From contig CAWHTE010000003.1 in assembly GCA_963832165.1 (NCBI GenBank), positions 687,655 to 751,654 on the forward strand: DNA of 64,000 nt, given 5' to 3'. This DNA comes from an uncultured delta proteobacterium. Lineage in GTDB: Bacteria > Myxococcota_A > UBA9160 > SMWR01. The notes beneath the pieces were generated by a model, which saw only the letters and a list, made by a program, of their open reading frames with translations, was not told where the DNA came from and ran no database searches. Made by a program: the position numbers and the translations under genes. Below are positions 25,832 through 35,651 of this stretch, piece after piece; the stretch's first letter is position 1, and each line of letters starts with the position of its first letter.

Positions 25832-26982
25832 CTTCGGCGCAGGCTCGCCTCGCGGAGCTCGTCGATCGCGCCCGCGCACAGACGGGGCTCGACGAGTTCG
25901 GCGGCGACAGCTGGCGCGAAGGGCTCGAGGTGCTGCTGCGGTCGGCGCTGACCGAGTCCCGTCTGAACCGCAGCGGCGAGGCGGGCTTCTACGGTTCGAT
26001 CGAGCGCACGCTCGCGAACCGGCTCCAGATCGAGAGCTGGTTCGCGCGCCACCCCGAGATCGCAGAGCAGGAGGTCCACGTCGAGCTGCTCGGGGTCGGG
26101 CTTCCGCGCACGGGGTCCACCGCGCTCGCGCACATGCTAGGCGAGGACCGCTCGGTGCGGTCGCTGCGCATGTGGGAGGCGATCGCGCCGTGCCCGCCTC
26201 CCGGGGTGTCGCCCGAGGGCGACGAGGCTCGCATCGCGATTGCCGAGGGGGCAGTGGCTGCGGCGAATCAGGTGGCGCCGCGCCTGCGCTCGATGCTGCC
26301 CCAGTCGGCGACGGGGCCGTTCGAAGACCACGACCTGATGTCGTTCGAGTTCAAATCGCAGGTGTATCTGTCGATGGGACGCCTCCCGTCGTATGCGACC
26401 TGGCTCCTCGACTGTGACATGGAGTCGACCTATCGCTACGAGCGGCGCGTGCTGCAGCTCTTGCAGTGGCGCTGCGGGCCGAGCCGCTGGCAGCTCAAGA
26501 GCCCCAGCCACACGCCGTTTCTCGGCGCGTTCGAGAAGGTGTTCCCCGAGGCGCGCTATGTGATGACGCACCGGGATCCCTCGAAGGTGTTGCCGTCGCT
26601 GGCGGACCTGTTCTGCACGCTCGGGGCCGCGGGCAATGAATCGCTGGACCCGCTCGAGGTCGCCGAGCTCAACATGGCGCAGTGGTCGCTCGCTCTGGAC
26701 CGCTGTCAGAGCTTCCGCGCGGCCGGTCGCGAGGAGAAGTTCTACGACGTCGCCTTCTCGGCGTTTCAGTCCGATCCGATCGCAGAGATCCGCGCGCTGT
26801 ACGGCTGGCTGGGCCGAAGACTCGGCGCTGATGCGGAGCAGCGCATGCGAGACTGGTGGTCGACCGAACGTCGCCAGGAGACGCTGGCGAAGCCCGATCC
26901 CAGCGAGTTCGGGATCACCGAAGCGGCGCTCGCCGCGCGCTTCGGCGCCTACCGCGCCCGCTTCGCGCCGCTGCTCGGCTGA
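25828..26982 (+). CDS. Sulfotransferase family protein
   Basis: VGLPRTGST, WQLKSPSH, MTHRDP; GTGA overlap. Confidence 0.85.
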   Translation: MTSAQARLAELVDRARAQTGLDEFGGDSWREGLEVLLRSALTESRLNRSGEAGFYGSIERTLANRLQIESWFARHPEIAEQEVHVELLGVGLPRTGSTALAHMLGEDRSVRSLRMWEAIAPCPPPGVSPEGDEARIAIAEGAVAAANQVAPRLRSMLPQSATGPFEDHDLMSFEFKSQVYLSMGRLPSYATWLLDCDMESTYRYERRVLQLLQWRCGPSRWQLKSPSHTPFLGAFEKVFPEARYVMTHRDPSKVLPSLADLFCTLGAAGNESLDPLEVAELNMAQWSLALDRCQSFRAAGREEKFYDVAFSAFQSDPIAEIRALYGWLGRRLGADAEQRMRDWWSTERRQETLAKPDPSEFGITEAALAARFGAYRARFAPLLG

Positions 26983-27052
26983 CCTGCTCCGAAGGTGATG
27001 ACGGCGCTGCGCAGAAATCCGATTGCGTCGCGCGCTTGCGGGAGGAGCCACG

Positions 27053-27460
27053 ATGAAGCTGTTGCCGAGCCCCGAGGATCACGTCGCGATCACGGGTCTG
27101 TTGGCGCGCTACTGCCTCGCGCTCGATCACGATGACGTCGAGGAATGGGTTGCGCTGTTCACGCCGGAGGCGTCGTACGAGATGTACGGCCGGTCGTACG
27201 AGGGGCACGATGGGCTGCGCAAGATGATGACGGGCGCGCCCGGAGGCCTTCACCTGGGTGGGCCCATCGTGATCGAGATGATCGATGGCGACCACGCCCG
27301 CACGCTGCAGAACGCGCTCTTCGTCGACCGTACGAGCGGAGCCCAGCGCAGCGTGGTGTACACCGACGAGCTGCGCCGCACCGAGAGCGGGTGGCGCATC
27401 GCGAAGCGGCGCTGCCGCTTCATCGTCGCGGGGGGATTCAGCGACCGCCCTGCGTCGTAG
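27053..27460 (+). CDS. SnoaL-like / NTF2 family protein
   Basis: LLARYCLALD...LFTPEA...YTDELRRTESGWRIAKR. Confidence 0.85.
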   Translation: MKLLPSPEDHVAITGLLARYCLALDHDDVEEWVALFTPEASYEMYGRSYEGHDGLRKMMTGAPGGLHLGGPIVIEMIDGDHARTLQNALFVDRTSGAQRSVVYTDELRRTESGWRIAKRRCRFIVAGGFSDRPAS

Positions 27461-27477
27461 CTTGCAATTGGTCGAAT

Positions 27478-28494
27478 TCAGGCGGCGATCGCGGCCGCGG
27501 CTTCGCGCGCGAGTCGGTGCACCGTATCGCCCATCGGACCCGGATCGCCGCGCGTGGGATCGGCGAGCGCGCGCTGATAGACGCCCTCGAGCATCACGGC
27601 GAGCTTGAACGTGTAGAGCGCCGTGTAGTAGCGCAGGTCGGGCGCTCGGCGGCCGCTCGCGCGCTGCCACTGATCGATCAGCTCGGCGCGTCCCGCCCAC
27701 CCCGTGCGCTCTCCCGAGGTGCTCTCCATGTGCAGGAAGCCCGCGAGGTCGAGCAGCGGATCGCCGATCGTGCAGTTCTCCCAGTCGAGGATCGCAGCGA
27801 CACGCGCGGGCGGGTCGGGCGCGACGAGCACGTTGGCGGCGTGATAGTCGCCGTGCATGATCCCGGCCGCCCAGTCGGTCGGTCGGTGCTGGGAGAGCCA
27901 TTGGCCGACGTCGCGAATCGATGGGATCTCTCTCGCGCGATAGCTGTCGAGCTGCGAGAGCCAGCGGCCGACCTGCCGCTCGTGGAAGCCATCGGGCCGG
28001 CCGAAGCCCTCGAGACCGCGCGCTCGCCAGTCGACGCGTGCGAGCCGGCCCAGCGCATCGACCGTGGCGATCACCATCTCGCGCCGGAGTCGCGCGTCGT
28101 TTGCGAAGGGCTCGGGCATCGCCGAAAGGGAAGTGAAGCCGTCGACGTGTCCCATCAGATAGAACGCGGATCCGATCACGGTGCGGTCGGTGCAGAGCGC
28201 GATCGGGGGCGGGTGCGGAACATCGGTGCCCTCGAGCGCGCGCAGCATCCGGTATTCGCGCTCCATGCCGCGGTCGGCGCGCTCGAGTGCGATCACGGCG
28301 GGTCGCCGCAGGACGAAGCGCTGTCCGTTGCGCACGACCCCGATGCTCTCGTTCGACATGCCGCCCGAGATGCGGTGTACCGCGAGATCGGCGCCGGACT
28401 CGACGCCCTCGCGATCGAGCCAGGCGCGGAGTCTCTCGAGATCGACCAGACCCTCGAGATCGTCGGATTTGAAGCTCGCGAAGGGTGCCTTCAC
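27478..28494 (-). CDS. Phosphotransferase (APH/ACAD10-like kinase) family
   Basis: GGMSNE, VLRRP, MHGDYHAANV, LDWE...GDPLLDL; start approximate. Confidence 0.85.
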   Translation of the reverse strand: MKAPFASFKSDDLEGLVDLERLRAWLDREGVESGADLAVHRISGGMSNESIGVVRNGQRFVLRRPAVIALERADRGMEREYRMLRALEGTDVPHPPPIALCTDRTVIGSAFYLMGHVDGFTSLSAMPEPFANDARLRREMVIATVDALGRLARVDWRARGLEGFGRPDGFHERQVGRWLSQLDSYRAREIPSIRDVGQWLSQHRPTDWAAGIMHGDYHAANVLVAPDPPARVAAILDWENCTIGDPLLDLAGFLHMESTSGERTGWAGRAELIDQWQRASGRRAPDLRYYTALYTFKLAVMLEGVYQRALADPTRGDPGPMGDTVHRLAREAAAAIAA

Positions 28495-28513
28495 GGATGG
28501 ATGAGTCCCTGCG

Positions 28514-30157
28514 TCAGAGCTCTCCCGAGCGCAACATCCTTCGCAGATCCACCTTGCGGATCTTTCCGGAAGCCGTGCGCGGGAACTCCTGCACGACGCG
28601 CAGCTCTTCGGGCCATTTCTGGCGAGCCAGTCCAATGCGCTCGAGCCGTTCGGTGATGTCGCGCAGCTCGATCGAGGTCACACCGGACGCGAGCCTCACG
28701 ACGGCGCACGCGTGCTCGCCCAGGCGCGCATCGGGTGCGGCCACCACGGCCACTTCGCTCACGTGCGGGAGTCCTGCGATCGCGCCTTCGACCTCGGCGG
28801 CCGAGATGTTCTCGCCGCCGCGAATGATCACGTCCGACAACCGGTCCGTGATCGTGAGGAAGCCCTCGGCGTCGAGGACACCCACGTCTCCCGTGCGGTA
28901 CCAGCCCTCGTCGTCGAAGGCCCGCTCGGTGAGCGCGGGATCGGTGTAGCCCACGCACAGGTCCGGGCCGCGCGACCGGATCTCGCCGGCCTGTCCCACC
29001 GGCACAGGTGCGCCGTCGTCGTCCAGGAGCTGGATCTCGACTCCGGGCAGCGCAGTGCCGTCGGTCGCGTGGCGTTTCTCGACGGGATCGCCGAACGAGC
29101 TGCCCGTGATCGAGGGATGCTCGGTCGCGCCGTACGCGCGCTGGATCGCGATGCCGTGCGACGCCGCGCGTTCCGCGAGGGGGATGGCCACGGGTGCGCC
29201 GCCCAATCCGATGCGGCGCATGCGCCGCGCGTGCTCGGCCGTGAACGCTTCGTGGTCGATCAGGCTCGCCAGGAACACGGGTGCACCCGTGCCCGCGCCG
29301 ACGTCGGCTTCGAGCATGATCGAGAGGACGCGCGCGGGATCCCAGCGGTCGATCAGGTGGATGTCCTGGCCGATCTCCGTCGGCCCGAGCACCCCGCCCA
29401 GCATGCCCGTCGCGTGGGTGACCGGCGAGCCCATGAGGTTGGTCGCGTCGGGCGTGATCCAGAGCCGCATGTGCGCGAGCTCGGCGAGCAGGGTCCGATG
29501 GCTATGCAACACGCCCTTCGGGTTGCTCGTCGTGCCGGACGTGTAGGCGATCACACAGACGTCGTCGGGATCGGCGGGGCAGATCCCAGTGGCCGGCGTC
29601 GCGTTCTCGACGACATCCCATCCCACTCGTTGGACGCCTGCGATCGGGGAGTCGGCCTTCGACCCCACGACGATGTGCAGTCGCAGGTTCGGAAGCTCGT
29701 CGGCCCGGGCGCCGTCGACGATGCCCTGGTAATCGACATGGCCATGGCGGTCCGCCGAGAGGTAGGCGCGCGCTCCGCTCTCGGCGAGGATGAACCGCAC
29801 CTCCTTCGGGCCGTAGATGTGCACGATCGGAACGAGGATGTAGCCGCCCATCGCCAGGCCGCAGAACGCGACCACCGCCTCCCGCCAGTTGGGAAGCTGG
29901 AACGCCACGACATCACCCGGCGCAAGTCCTGCCTTGGCGAGTGCGCCGGCCAGCCGGAGGGCATCGGAATGGATGTCGGCGTAGGTCCCATGCCAGGGCC
30001 GCAGCTGCGACCAGATGTTCACCGAGGCGCTCGGCGCCGCGGAAAGCGAGCGGTCGACGCGCTCGCCGAGGGTCTCGTCGCTCCACCAGCCCTCGGCGAG
30101 GTAACGCTCGCGCAGGGCGGCGGGCACCTCGCGCTGCTGCCACCTAACGTTCGCCAT
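28514..30157 (-). CDS. Acyl-CoA synthetase (AMP-binding; cyclohexanecarboxylate-CoA ligase-like)
   Basis: YTSGTTSNPKG, YGATEH, WYRTGD, IRGGENI, PRTASGKI. Confidence 0.9.
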   Translation of the reverse strand: MANVRWQQREVPAALRERYLAEGWWSDETLGERVDRSLSAAPSASVNIWSQLRPWHGTYADIHSDALRLAGALAKAGLAPGDVVAFQLPNWREAVVAFCGLAMGGYILVPIVHIYGPKEVRFILAESGARAYLSADRHGHVDYQGIVDGARADELPNLRLHIVVGSKADSPIAGVQRVGWDVVENATPATGICPADPDDVCVIAYTSGTTSNPKGVLHSHRTLLAELAHMRLWITPDATNLMGSPVTHATGMLGGVLGPTEIGQDIHLIDRWDPARVLSIMLEADVGAGTGAPVFLASLIDHEAFTAEHARRMRRIGLGGAPVAIPLAERAASHGIAIQRAYGATEHPSITGSSFGDPVEKRHATDGTALPGVEIQLLDDDGAPVPVGQAGEIRSRGPDLCVGYTDPALTERAFDDEGWYRTGDVGVLDAEGFLTITDRLSDVIIRGGENISAAEVEGAIAGLPHVSEVAVVAAPDARLGEHACAVVRLASGVTSIELRDITERLERIGLARQKWPEELRVVQEFPRTASGKIRKVDLRRMLRSGEL

Positions 30158-30170
30158 GCTCCCTGCCCGT

Positions 30171-30211
30171 CGGGTTGCCAATCTTACTCTCGAATCCGTA
30201 GAATTGCACTT
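30171..30211. promoter_or_regulatory. Bidirectional promoter element A, copy 1
   Basis: Plus strand TTGCCA-N18-TAGAAT; minus strand GTGCAA-N17-TAAGAT; 37/41 identical to the reverse complement of 37333-37373. Confidence 0.75.
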
Positions 30212-30276
30212 TCCGGTGGGTAGAACGAGCCATGCGCCGCACTCGGTGCGGGGCGCGGCGTTCGTCGGTGGTGTGC

Positions 30277-31395
30277 GTGGATTTCGAGATCACTCCCGAG
30301 CAGCACGAGCTGGTCGACTCCGTCCGCGCCGTGCTCGAGCGCGAGGTTCCGACGGCGCTCGTGCGCGACATCATCGAGAACGAGTGCCACCCGGAGCAGC
30401 CGTGGAAGAGCGCCCGCGAGCTCGGCTGGGTCGCGATCGACCTGCCCGAGGAGCTCGGCGGTCTGGGTCTGGGATTCCACGAGCTCGGCCTGGTCGTCGA
30501 GCAGCACGGCCGCTTCATCGCGCCGGGGCCGTTCCTCGCGACCACTACCCAGTTCACGCCGCTCGTTCGCGAAGCGGGGGACGCGCGCCAGCAGGAGCGT
30601 TTCGCCGGCGCGATTGCGTCCGGCGCGCTCACGGGCGCGCTCGCGATCGATCACGGCCGCGCGGTCGAGCATGCGCTCGGGGATTCGCTGCGCGCGCGAC
30701 GCGACGGCAACGCCTGGGTGCTCGAGGGTCGGCACGACTTCGTGCTCGACGGCGATTCCGCCGACGAGGTCGCCTTGGCCGCGCAAGTCGACACGGGCGA
30801 CGGCGTGGGCTTGTTCGTGGTTCCGCAGGGCGCCGTGAAGGCGCAGCGCGTGGTGGCGCTCGACGCGAGCCGCCCGCTCGCGCACCTGCGCTTCGACGGG
30901 GTGCGCGTGGAGTCCGACCGCGTCCTCGGCACTCCCGGCGCGAGCGCGCACGCGTTCGGACGTGCGCTCGAGCAGGCCACCGTCGCCGCGGCGCTGGAAT
31001 GCGTCGGCACCTGCCAGGCGTTGTTGGAGCGCACCATCGAGCACGCGAAGAGCCGGCATCAGTTCGACCGGCCGATCGGGTCGTTCCAGGCCGTGCAACA
31101 CAAGTGTGCCGACATGTTCGTGCAGGTCGAGAAGGCGCGCGCCACGGGCTACTTCGCGATGATGGCGCTGGCCGAGGATGATCCGCGCCGCACGCTCGCG
31201 GCGTCGATGGCCAAGCTCGCGGCCAGCGACTGTCAGCGCCTCGTGTGCAGCGACGCGATCCAGATCCACGGAGGGATGGGCTTCACCTGGGAGAGCGACG
31301 TGCAGCTCTTCGTCAAGCGCGCGAAGACGCTCGAGGCGCTGTTCGGCACGGGCGCACAGCACCGCCGGCGCATCGCCGACTTGATCGGGATCTGA
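30277..31395 (+). CDS. Acyl-CoA dehydrogenase (short partner subunit of a heteromeric pair)
   Basis: RHQFDRPIGSFQAVQH, IQIHGGMGFTWE. Confidence 0.9.
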   Translation: MDFEITPEQHELVDSVRAVLEREVPTALVRDIIENECHPEQPWKSARELGWVAIDLPEELGGLGLGFHELGLVVEQHGRFIAPGPFLATTTQFTPLVREAGDARQQERFAGAIASGALTGALAIDHGRAVEHALGDSLRARRDGNAWVLEGRHDFVLDGDSADEVALAAQVDTGDGVGLFVVPQGAVKAQRVVALDASRPLAHLRFDGVRVESDRVLGTPGASAHAFGRALEQATVAAALECVGTCQALLERTIEHAKSRHQFDRPIGSFQAVQHKCADMFVQVEKARATGYFAMMALAEDDPRRTLAASMAKLAASDCQRLVCSDAIQIHGGMGFTWESDVQLFVKRAKTLEALFGTGAQHRRRIADLIGI

Positions 31396-31396
31396 C

Positions 31397-32602
31397 GTGC
31401 ACCTGCATTACGACGCCGAGACCGAGAAATTCCGCCGCGACCTCCGCGTATGGCTCGACGCGAATCGCCCGCGCCCCGAGGAGATGCGGGCCGAGCCCGC
31501 GACGAGCTCTGCGCATCTGACGGGTTGGTCGCGCCAGTGGCAGCGCAGGCTGTTCGAAGCGGGTCTGCTCGTGCCGGGTTGGCCGCCCGAGCTCGGGGGC
31601 CGCAACCTCCCGCCGGTTCAACAGCTCATCTATCACGAGGAGATGGCGAAGATCTCGATCGTGATCTCCACGAACCCGCAGGGGCTCGGGATCGTCGCGC
31701 CCTCGATCCGCGACTACGGCAGCGAGTTTCTGAAGCAGAAGTACCTGCTTCCCACGCTGCGCGCCGAGATCGCGTGGTGTCTGGGAATGAGCGAACCCGG
31801 CGCGGGCAGCGATCTCGCGGGACTCTCGACGCGCGCCGAGATTCAGGGCGACCACTTCGTCGTACACGGCCAGAAGGTATGGACGTCGGGGGCGCACCAC
31901 TCCGATTACTGCTTGTGCTTCGTGCGCACGGATCCCGGCGCGCCCAAGCACCGCGGGATCAGCGTGCTGATCATCGACATGAAGGCGAAGGGTGTCACCA
32001 CGCGTCCGCTGCCCGAGCTGACCGACCGCGACCACGCCGACTTCAACGAGGTGTTCTTCGACGGTGTGCTCGTGCCGCGCGATCACCTGGTGGGTCCGCT
32101 GAACCAGGGCTGGTCGATCTCGGCGGGCTCGCTCGCGCACGAGCGCGGAATGGTGTGGCTCTCGAATGCCGCGCGCCTCGACGACATGCTCGACCAGCTG
32201 TTCAAGCTCGCGCAGACGCAGGGACCCGACGGCCGCCGCATCGGCGAGAGCGCGAGCTTTCGCGACGAGCTAGCGTCGATCTACCTCGACGCACAGGCGA
32301 TGCGATTCATGGGCTATCGGGGCTTCGCGAAGTTCGCCAACGGGAACATCGCGCCCGAGCACTCGCTGCTCAAGCTGTTCGGTTCCGAGATCGCTCAGCG
32401 CGCCGCGCGGCTCGCGACCGAGGCGCAAGGCGTGGATGCGCTCGATTTCGACCTGCCGAGCCTTCCCTATCCCGACAGCCAGGAGCCCGTTCCCTGGATG
32501 AAGCGGTATCTCTTGACCTATGCCGCGACCATCTCGGCGGGTGCTTCCGAAATCCAGCGCAACATCATCGCGGAGCGGATCCTGGGCATGCCGCGCCGCT
32601 AG
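31397..32602 (+). CDS. Acyl-CoA dehydrogenase (catalytic subunit of a heteromeric pair)
   Basis: WCLGMSEPGAGSDLA, GQKVWTS, FNEVFFD, LAHER, TISAGASEIQRNII. Confidence 0.9.
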   Translation: MHLHYDAETEKFRRDLRVWLDANRPRPEEMRAEPATSSAHLTGWSRQWQRRLFEAGLLVPGWPPELGGRNLPPVQQLIYHEEMAKISIVISTNPQGLGIVAPSIRDYGSEFLKQKYLLPTLRAEIAWCLGMSEPGAGSDLAGLSTRAEIQGDHFVVHGQKVWTSGAHHSDYCLCFVRTDPGAPKHRGISVLIIDMKAKGVTTRPLPELTDRDHADFNEVFFDGVLVPRDHLVGPLNQGWSISAGSLAHERGMVWLSNAARLDDMLDQLFKLAQTQGPDGRRIGESASFRDELASIYLDAQAMRFMGYRGFAKFANGNIAPEHSLLKLFGSEIAQRAARLATEAQGVDALDFDLPSLPYPDSQEPVPWMKRYLLTYAATISAGASEIQRNIIAERILGMPRR

Positions 32603-32640
32603 TCGAGTTCACGAACGGGCGTCGTCCCGAGGAGCGAATC

Positions 32641-34041
32641 ATGAAGATGGAAGACATGATCCTGGTGAGCGTGGACGATCACGTCTGCGAGCCGCCCGAT
32701 ATGTGGGAGCGGCACGTGCCCGCGAAGTGGAAGGACCGCGCGCCGCGGCTCGTGCACAAGCAGGACGGATCGGACGTCTGGGTGTTCGAGGGCGCGCAGA
32801 TTCCCAACGTGGGGCTCAACGCCGTCGCGGGCCGCGCACCCGAGGAGTACGGGATGGAGCCGACCGCGCTCTCGCAGCTGCGCCCGGGCTGCTTCGACAT
32901 CGACGCGCGGATCGGCGACATGAACGCGAACGGCGTGCTCGGCTCGCTGTGCTTCCCGTCGGTGCCCGGATTCGTGGGCGAGCTGTTCGGGCGCGAGGCC
33001 AAGAAGGGCGAGCGCGAGCTCGCGATCACGATGCTGCGCGCCTACAACGATTGGCACATCGACGACTGGTGCGGGAAGTACCCGGGCCGCTTCGTGCCGC
33101 TCGCGATTCCCCCGATCTGGGACGTCGAGGAGATGGCCCGCGAGGTGCGGCGCGTGGCGAAGAAGGGCTGCCACGCGATCACGTTCGCCGACACGCCGGG
33201 GGGCCTCGGCTATCCGAGTCTGCACAACGCGCACTGGGACCCGTTCTGGAAGGCGTGCGCGGACGAGGGCACGGTGGTGTGCATCCACATCGGCTCGGGC
33301 ACCGGCATGAATCTGCAGGACCCCGACGCACCGGTCGAGATCATGATCTCGTCGACGCCGATCTCGCTGTTCGGCTGCGCCACGGAGCTCGTGTTCTCCG
33401 ACATCTTCACGAAGTTCCCGACGCTCAAGATCGCCCTCTCGGAGGGCGGGATCGGCTGGATTCCGTACTTCCTCGAGCGGATCGACTATGTGCACGATCA
33501 CCATCACCACTGGACGCTCCATAACTTCCCGGGCGGCAAGCGCCCGAGCGACGTGTTCCGCGAGCACGTGCTCGGCTGCTTCATCGACGACGCGGCGGGG
33601 GTGCGCAACCGCGACCTGATCGGCATCGACAACATCTCGTGGGAGTGCGACTACCCGCACTCGGATACGACGTGGCCGCACGCTCCGGAGCGGCTGTGGA
33701 AGTCGCTGGCGGGCGTGTCGGATGCGGACATCCACAAGATCACGTGGCAGAACGTGATGAAGTGGTTCCAGTACGACCCGTTCCAGCATCTTCCGAAGGA
33801 GGGGTGCACGGTCGGAGCGCTGCGCGCACAGGCGAAGGACGTCGACCTCACGATGCGGCGCGGCGGCGGGGGCAAGCAGCCGTCCGACTACGCGCGCGGC
33901 TATGCCACGATCGGCGACATCATGAAGCAGATCGCGGGCGCCTTCTCGACCGGCTTCGACAAGGAGGGCCACGGCGCGGTCCCGGATGCCCTCGCACAGG
34001 TCCAGCAGCAGAAGGGCCGGCCGGCCAACGTGAGCAAATAG
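32641..34041 (+). CDS. Amidohydrolase_2 family protein
   Basis: ILVSVDDHVCEP, AYNDWHIDDWC, SEGGIGWIPY, WECDYPHSD. Confidence 0.9.
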   Translation: MKMEDMILVSVDDHVCEPPDMWERHVPAKWKDRAPRLVHKQDGSDVWVFEGAQIPNVGLNAVAGRAPEEYGMEPTALSQLRPGCFDIDARIGDMNANGVLGSLCFPSVPGFVGELFGREAKKGERELAITMLRAYNDWHIDDWCGKYPGRFVPLAIPPIWDVEEMAREVRRVAKKGCHAITFADTPGGLGYPSLHNAHWDPFWKACADEGTVVCIHIGSGTGMNLQDPDAPVEIMISSTPISLFGCATELVFSDIFTKFPTLKIALSEGGIGWIPYFLERIDYVHDHHHHWTLHNFPGGKRPSDVFREHVLGCFIDDAAGVRNRDLIGIDNISWECDYPHSDTTWPHAPERLWKSLAGVSDADIHKITWQNVMKWFQYDPFQHLPKEGCTVGALRAQAKDVDLTMRRGGGGKQPSDYARGYATIGDIMKQIAGAFSTGFDKEGHGAVPDALAQVQQQKGRPANVSK

Positions 34042-34043
34042 GG

Positions 34044-34466
34044 ATGGCGCGAGTTCCTGTCGCCGACCACATCTTCACGTGGCCGTCCGACGATCCCCGC
34101 TTGATCGGGAGTCGATGCGGCGCGTGCAGCATCGTCACGTTTCCCTCACAGGACTCGTGTCCGCGCTGCGCGTCCACCGACATGCAACCGCATCTGCTCG
34201 AGCGGCGCGGGAGGCTATGGGCGTGGACCACGCAGCACTTCCCGCCGCCGTCGCCTCCGTACGCGGGTCCCAAGGGTGAAGCCTTCGTCCCGTTCGGCAT
34301 CGGCTACATCGAGCTCCCGGGCGAGGTGAAGGTCGAGGCGCGCTTGACCGAGGCCGACCCGGAGCGGCTTCGGGAGGGCATGGACATGGAGCTCGCGATC
34401 GTCCCGTTCTCGACCGACGACAAGGGAAACGAGATCGTGACCTTCGCATTCCGGCCGGTCGCCTGA
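34044..34466 (+). CDS. DUF35 zinc-ribbon/OB-fold protein
   Basis: GSRCGAC...CPRC, GRLWAWT, GYIELPG. Confidence 0.9.
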   Translation: MARVPVADHIFTWPSDDPRLIGSRCGACSIVTFPSQDSCPRCASTDMQPHLLERRGRLWAWTTQHFPPPSPPYAGPKGEAFVPFGIGYIELPGEVKVEARLTEADPERLREGMDMELAIVPFSTDDKGNEIVTFAFRPVA

Positions 34467-34498
34467 GCGCCGACGAACACGAGAGAGAGAAGACACCC

Positions 34499-35641
34499 AT
34501 GGACGTGGCCATCGTAGGGGTCGGTCTGCACCCGTTCGGGCGCTTCGCAGGCGTCTCGGCAATCGAGATGGGCGCCATCGCGATCCGCCGCGCGCTCGCG
34601 GATGCGGGCGTCGAGTGGCGGCAGATCCAGTTCGCATTCGGCGGCAGCTACGAGGTCGACAATCCCGATGCCGTCGTGGCGCTGCTGGGTCTCACGGGCA
34701 TCCCGTTCACCGACGTCTACAACGGCTGTGCCACGGCGGCGAGCGCGCTCACGATGGCCGCGAACACGATCCGGCTCGGCGATCACGAGCTCGGCATCGC
34801 CGTCGGCATGGACAAGCATCTTCCGGGAGCGTTCAGCGCCGATCCGCGATCGTACGCGTGTCCATCGTGGTACGGCGAGGTCGGGCACTTCATCACCACG
34901 AAGTTCTTCGGGATGAAGATCAACAAGTACATGCGCGATCACGGGATCTCGCACGCGACGCTCGCGAAGGTCGCGGCCAAGGGCTATCGCAACGGCGCAC
35001 TCAATCCGAACGCGTTCCGGCGCAAGCCGATCTCCGAAGAAGAGATCCTCGCGTCGCCGATGCTGAACTACCCGCTGCGGCAGTACATGTTCTGCAGCCC
35101 CGACGAAGGGGCGGCTGCGGTGGTGCTGTGTCGGGCGGAGCACGCGCGTCGCTACACCGACAAGCCGATCTACCTGCGCGCCACGACGGTCCGCACGCGG
35201 CGGCTCGGCGCATTCGAGGTGCACAGCCCGTGGCTCCCGATCGAGGAGACGCCCGGTGCGACCGTCGATGCGTCGCGCGCCGCGTACGAGATGGCCGGGA
35301 TCGGCCCCGAAGACGTCGACGTGATCCAGCTCCAGGACACCGACGCCGGAGCCGAAGTGATCCACCTCGCGGAGAACGGCTTCTGCGCGGATGGCGATCA
35401 GGAGAAGCTCATCGCCGACGGGGAGACCGAGATCGGTGGACGGCTGCCCGTGAACACCGACGGCGGGCTGCTCGCGAACGGCGAGCCGATCGGCGCGTCG
35501 GGTCTGCGTCAGGTTCACGAAGTGGTGCTGCAGCTGCGGGGTCAGGCGGGGAATCGGCAGGTCCCCGGCGATCCGAAGGTCGGATACACGCAGCTCTACG
35601 GCGCGCCCGGCACGGCCGGCGTGTCGATCCTCTCCGTCTGA
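34499..35641 (+). CDS. Thiolase family protein (SCP-x type)
   Basis: VYNGCATA, CSPDEGAAA, NTDGGLLANGEPIGASG. Confidence 0.9.
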   Translation: MDVAIVGVGLHPFGRFAGVSAIEMGAIAIRRALADAGVEWRQIQFAFGGSYEVDNPDAVVALLGLTGIPFTDVYNGCATAASALTMAANTIRLGDHELGIAVGMDKHLPGAFSADPRSYACPSWYGEVGHFITTKFFGMKINKYMRDHGISHATLAKVAAKGYRNGALNPNAFRRKPISEEEILASPMLNYPLRQYMFCSPDEGAAAVVLCRAEHARRYTDKPIYLRATTVRTRRLGAFEVHSPWLPIEETPGATVDASRAAYEMAGIGPEDVDVIQLQDTDAGAEVIHLAENGFCADGDQEKLIADGETEIGGRLPVNTDGGLLANGEPIGASGLRQVHEVVLQLRGQAGNRQVPGDPKVGYTQLYGAPGTAGVSILSV

Positions 35642-35651
35642 CGCGCGCCGA

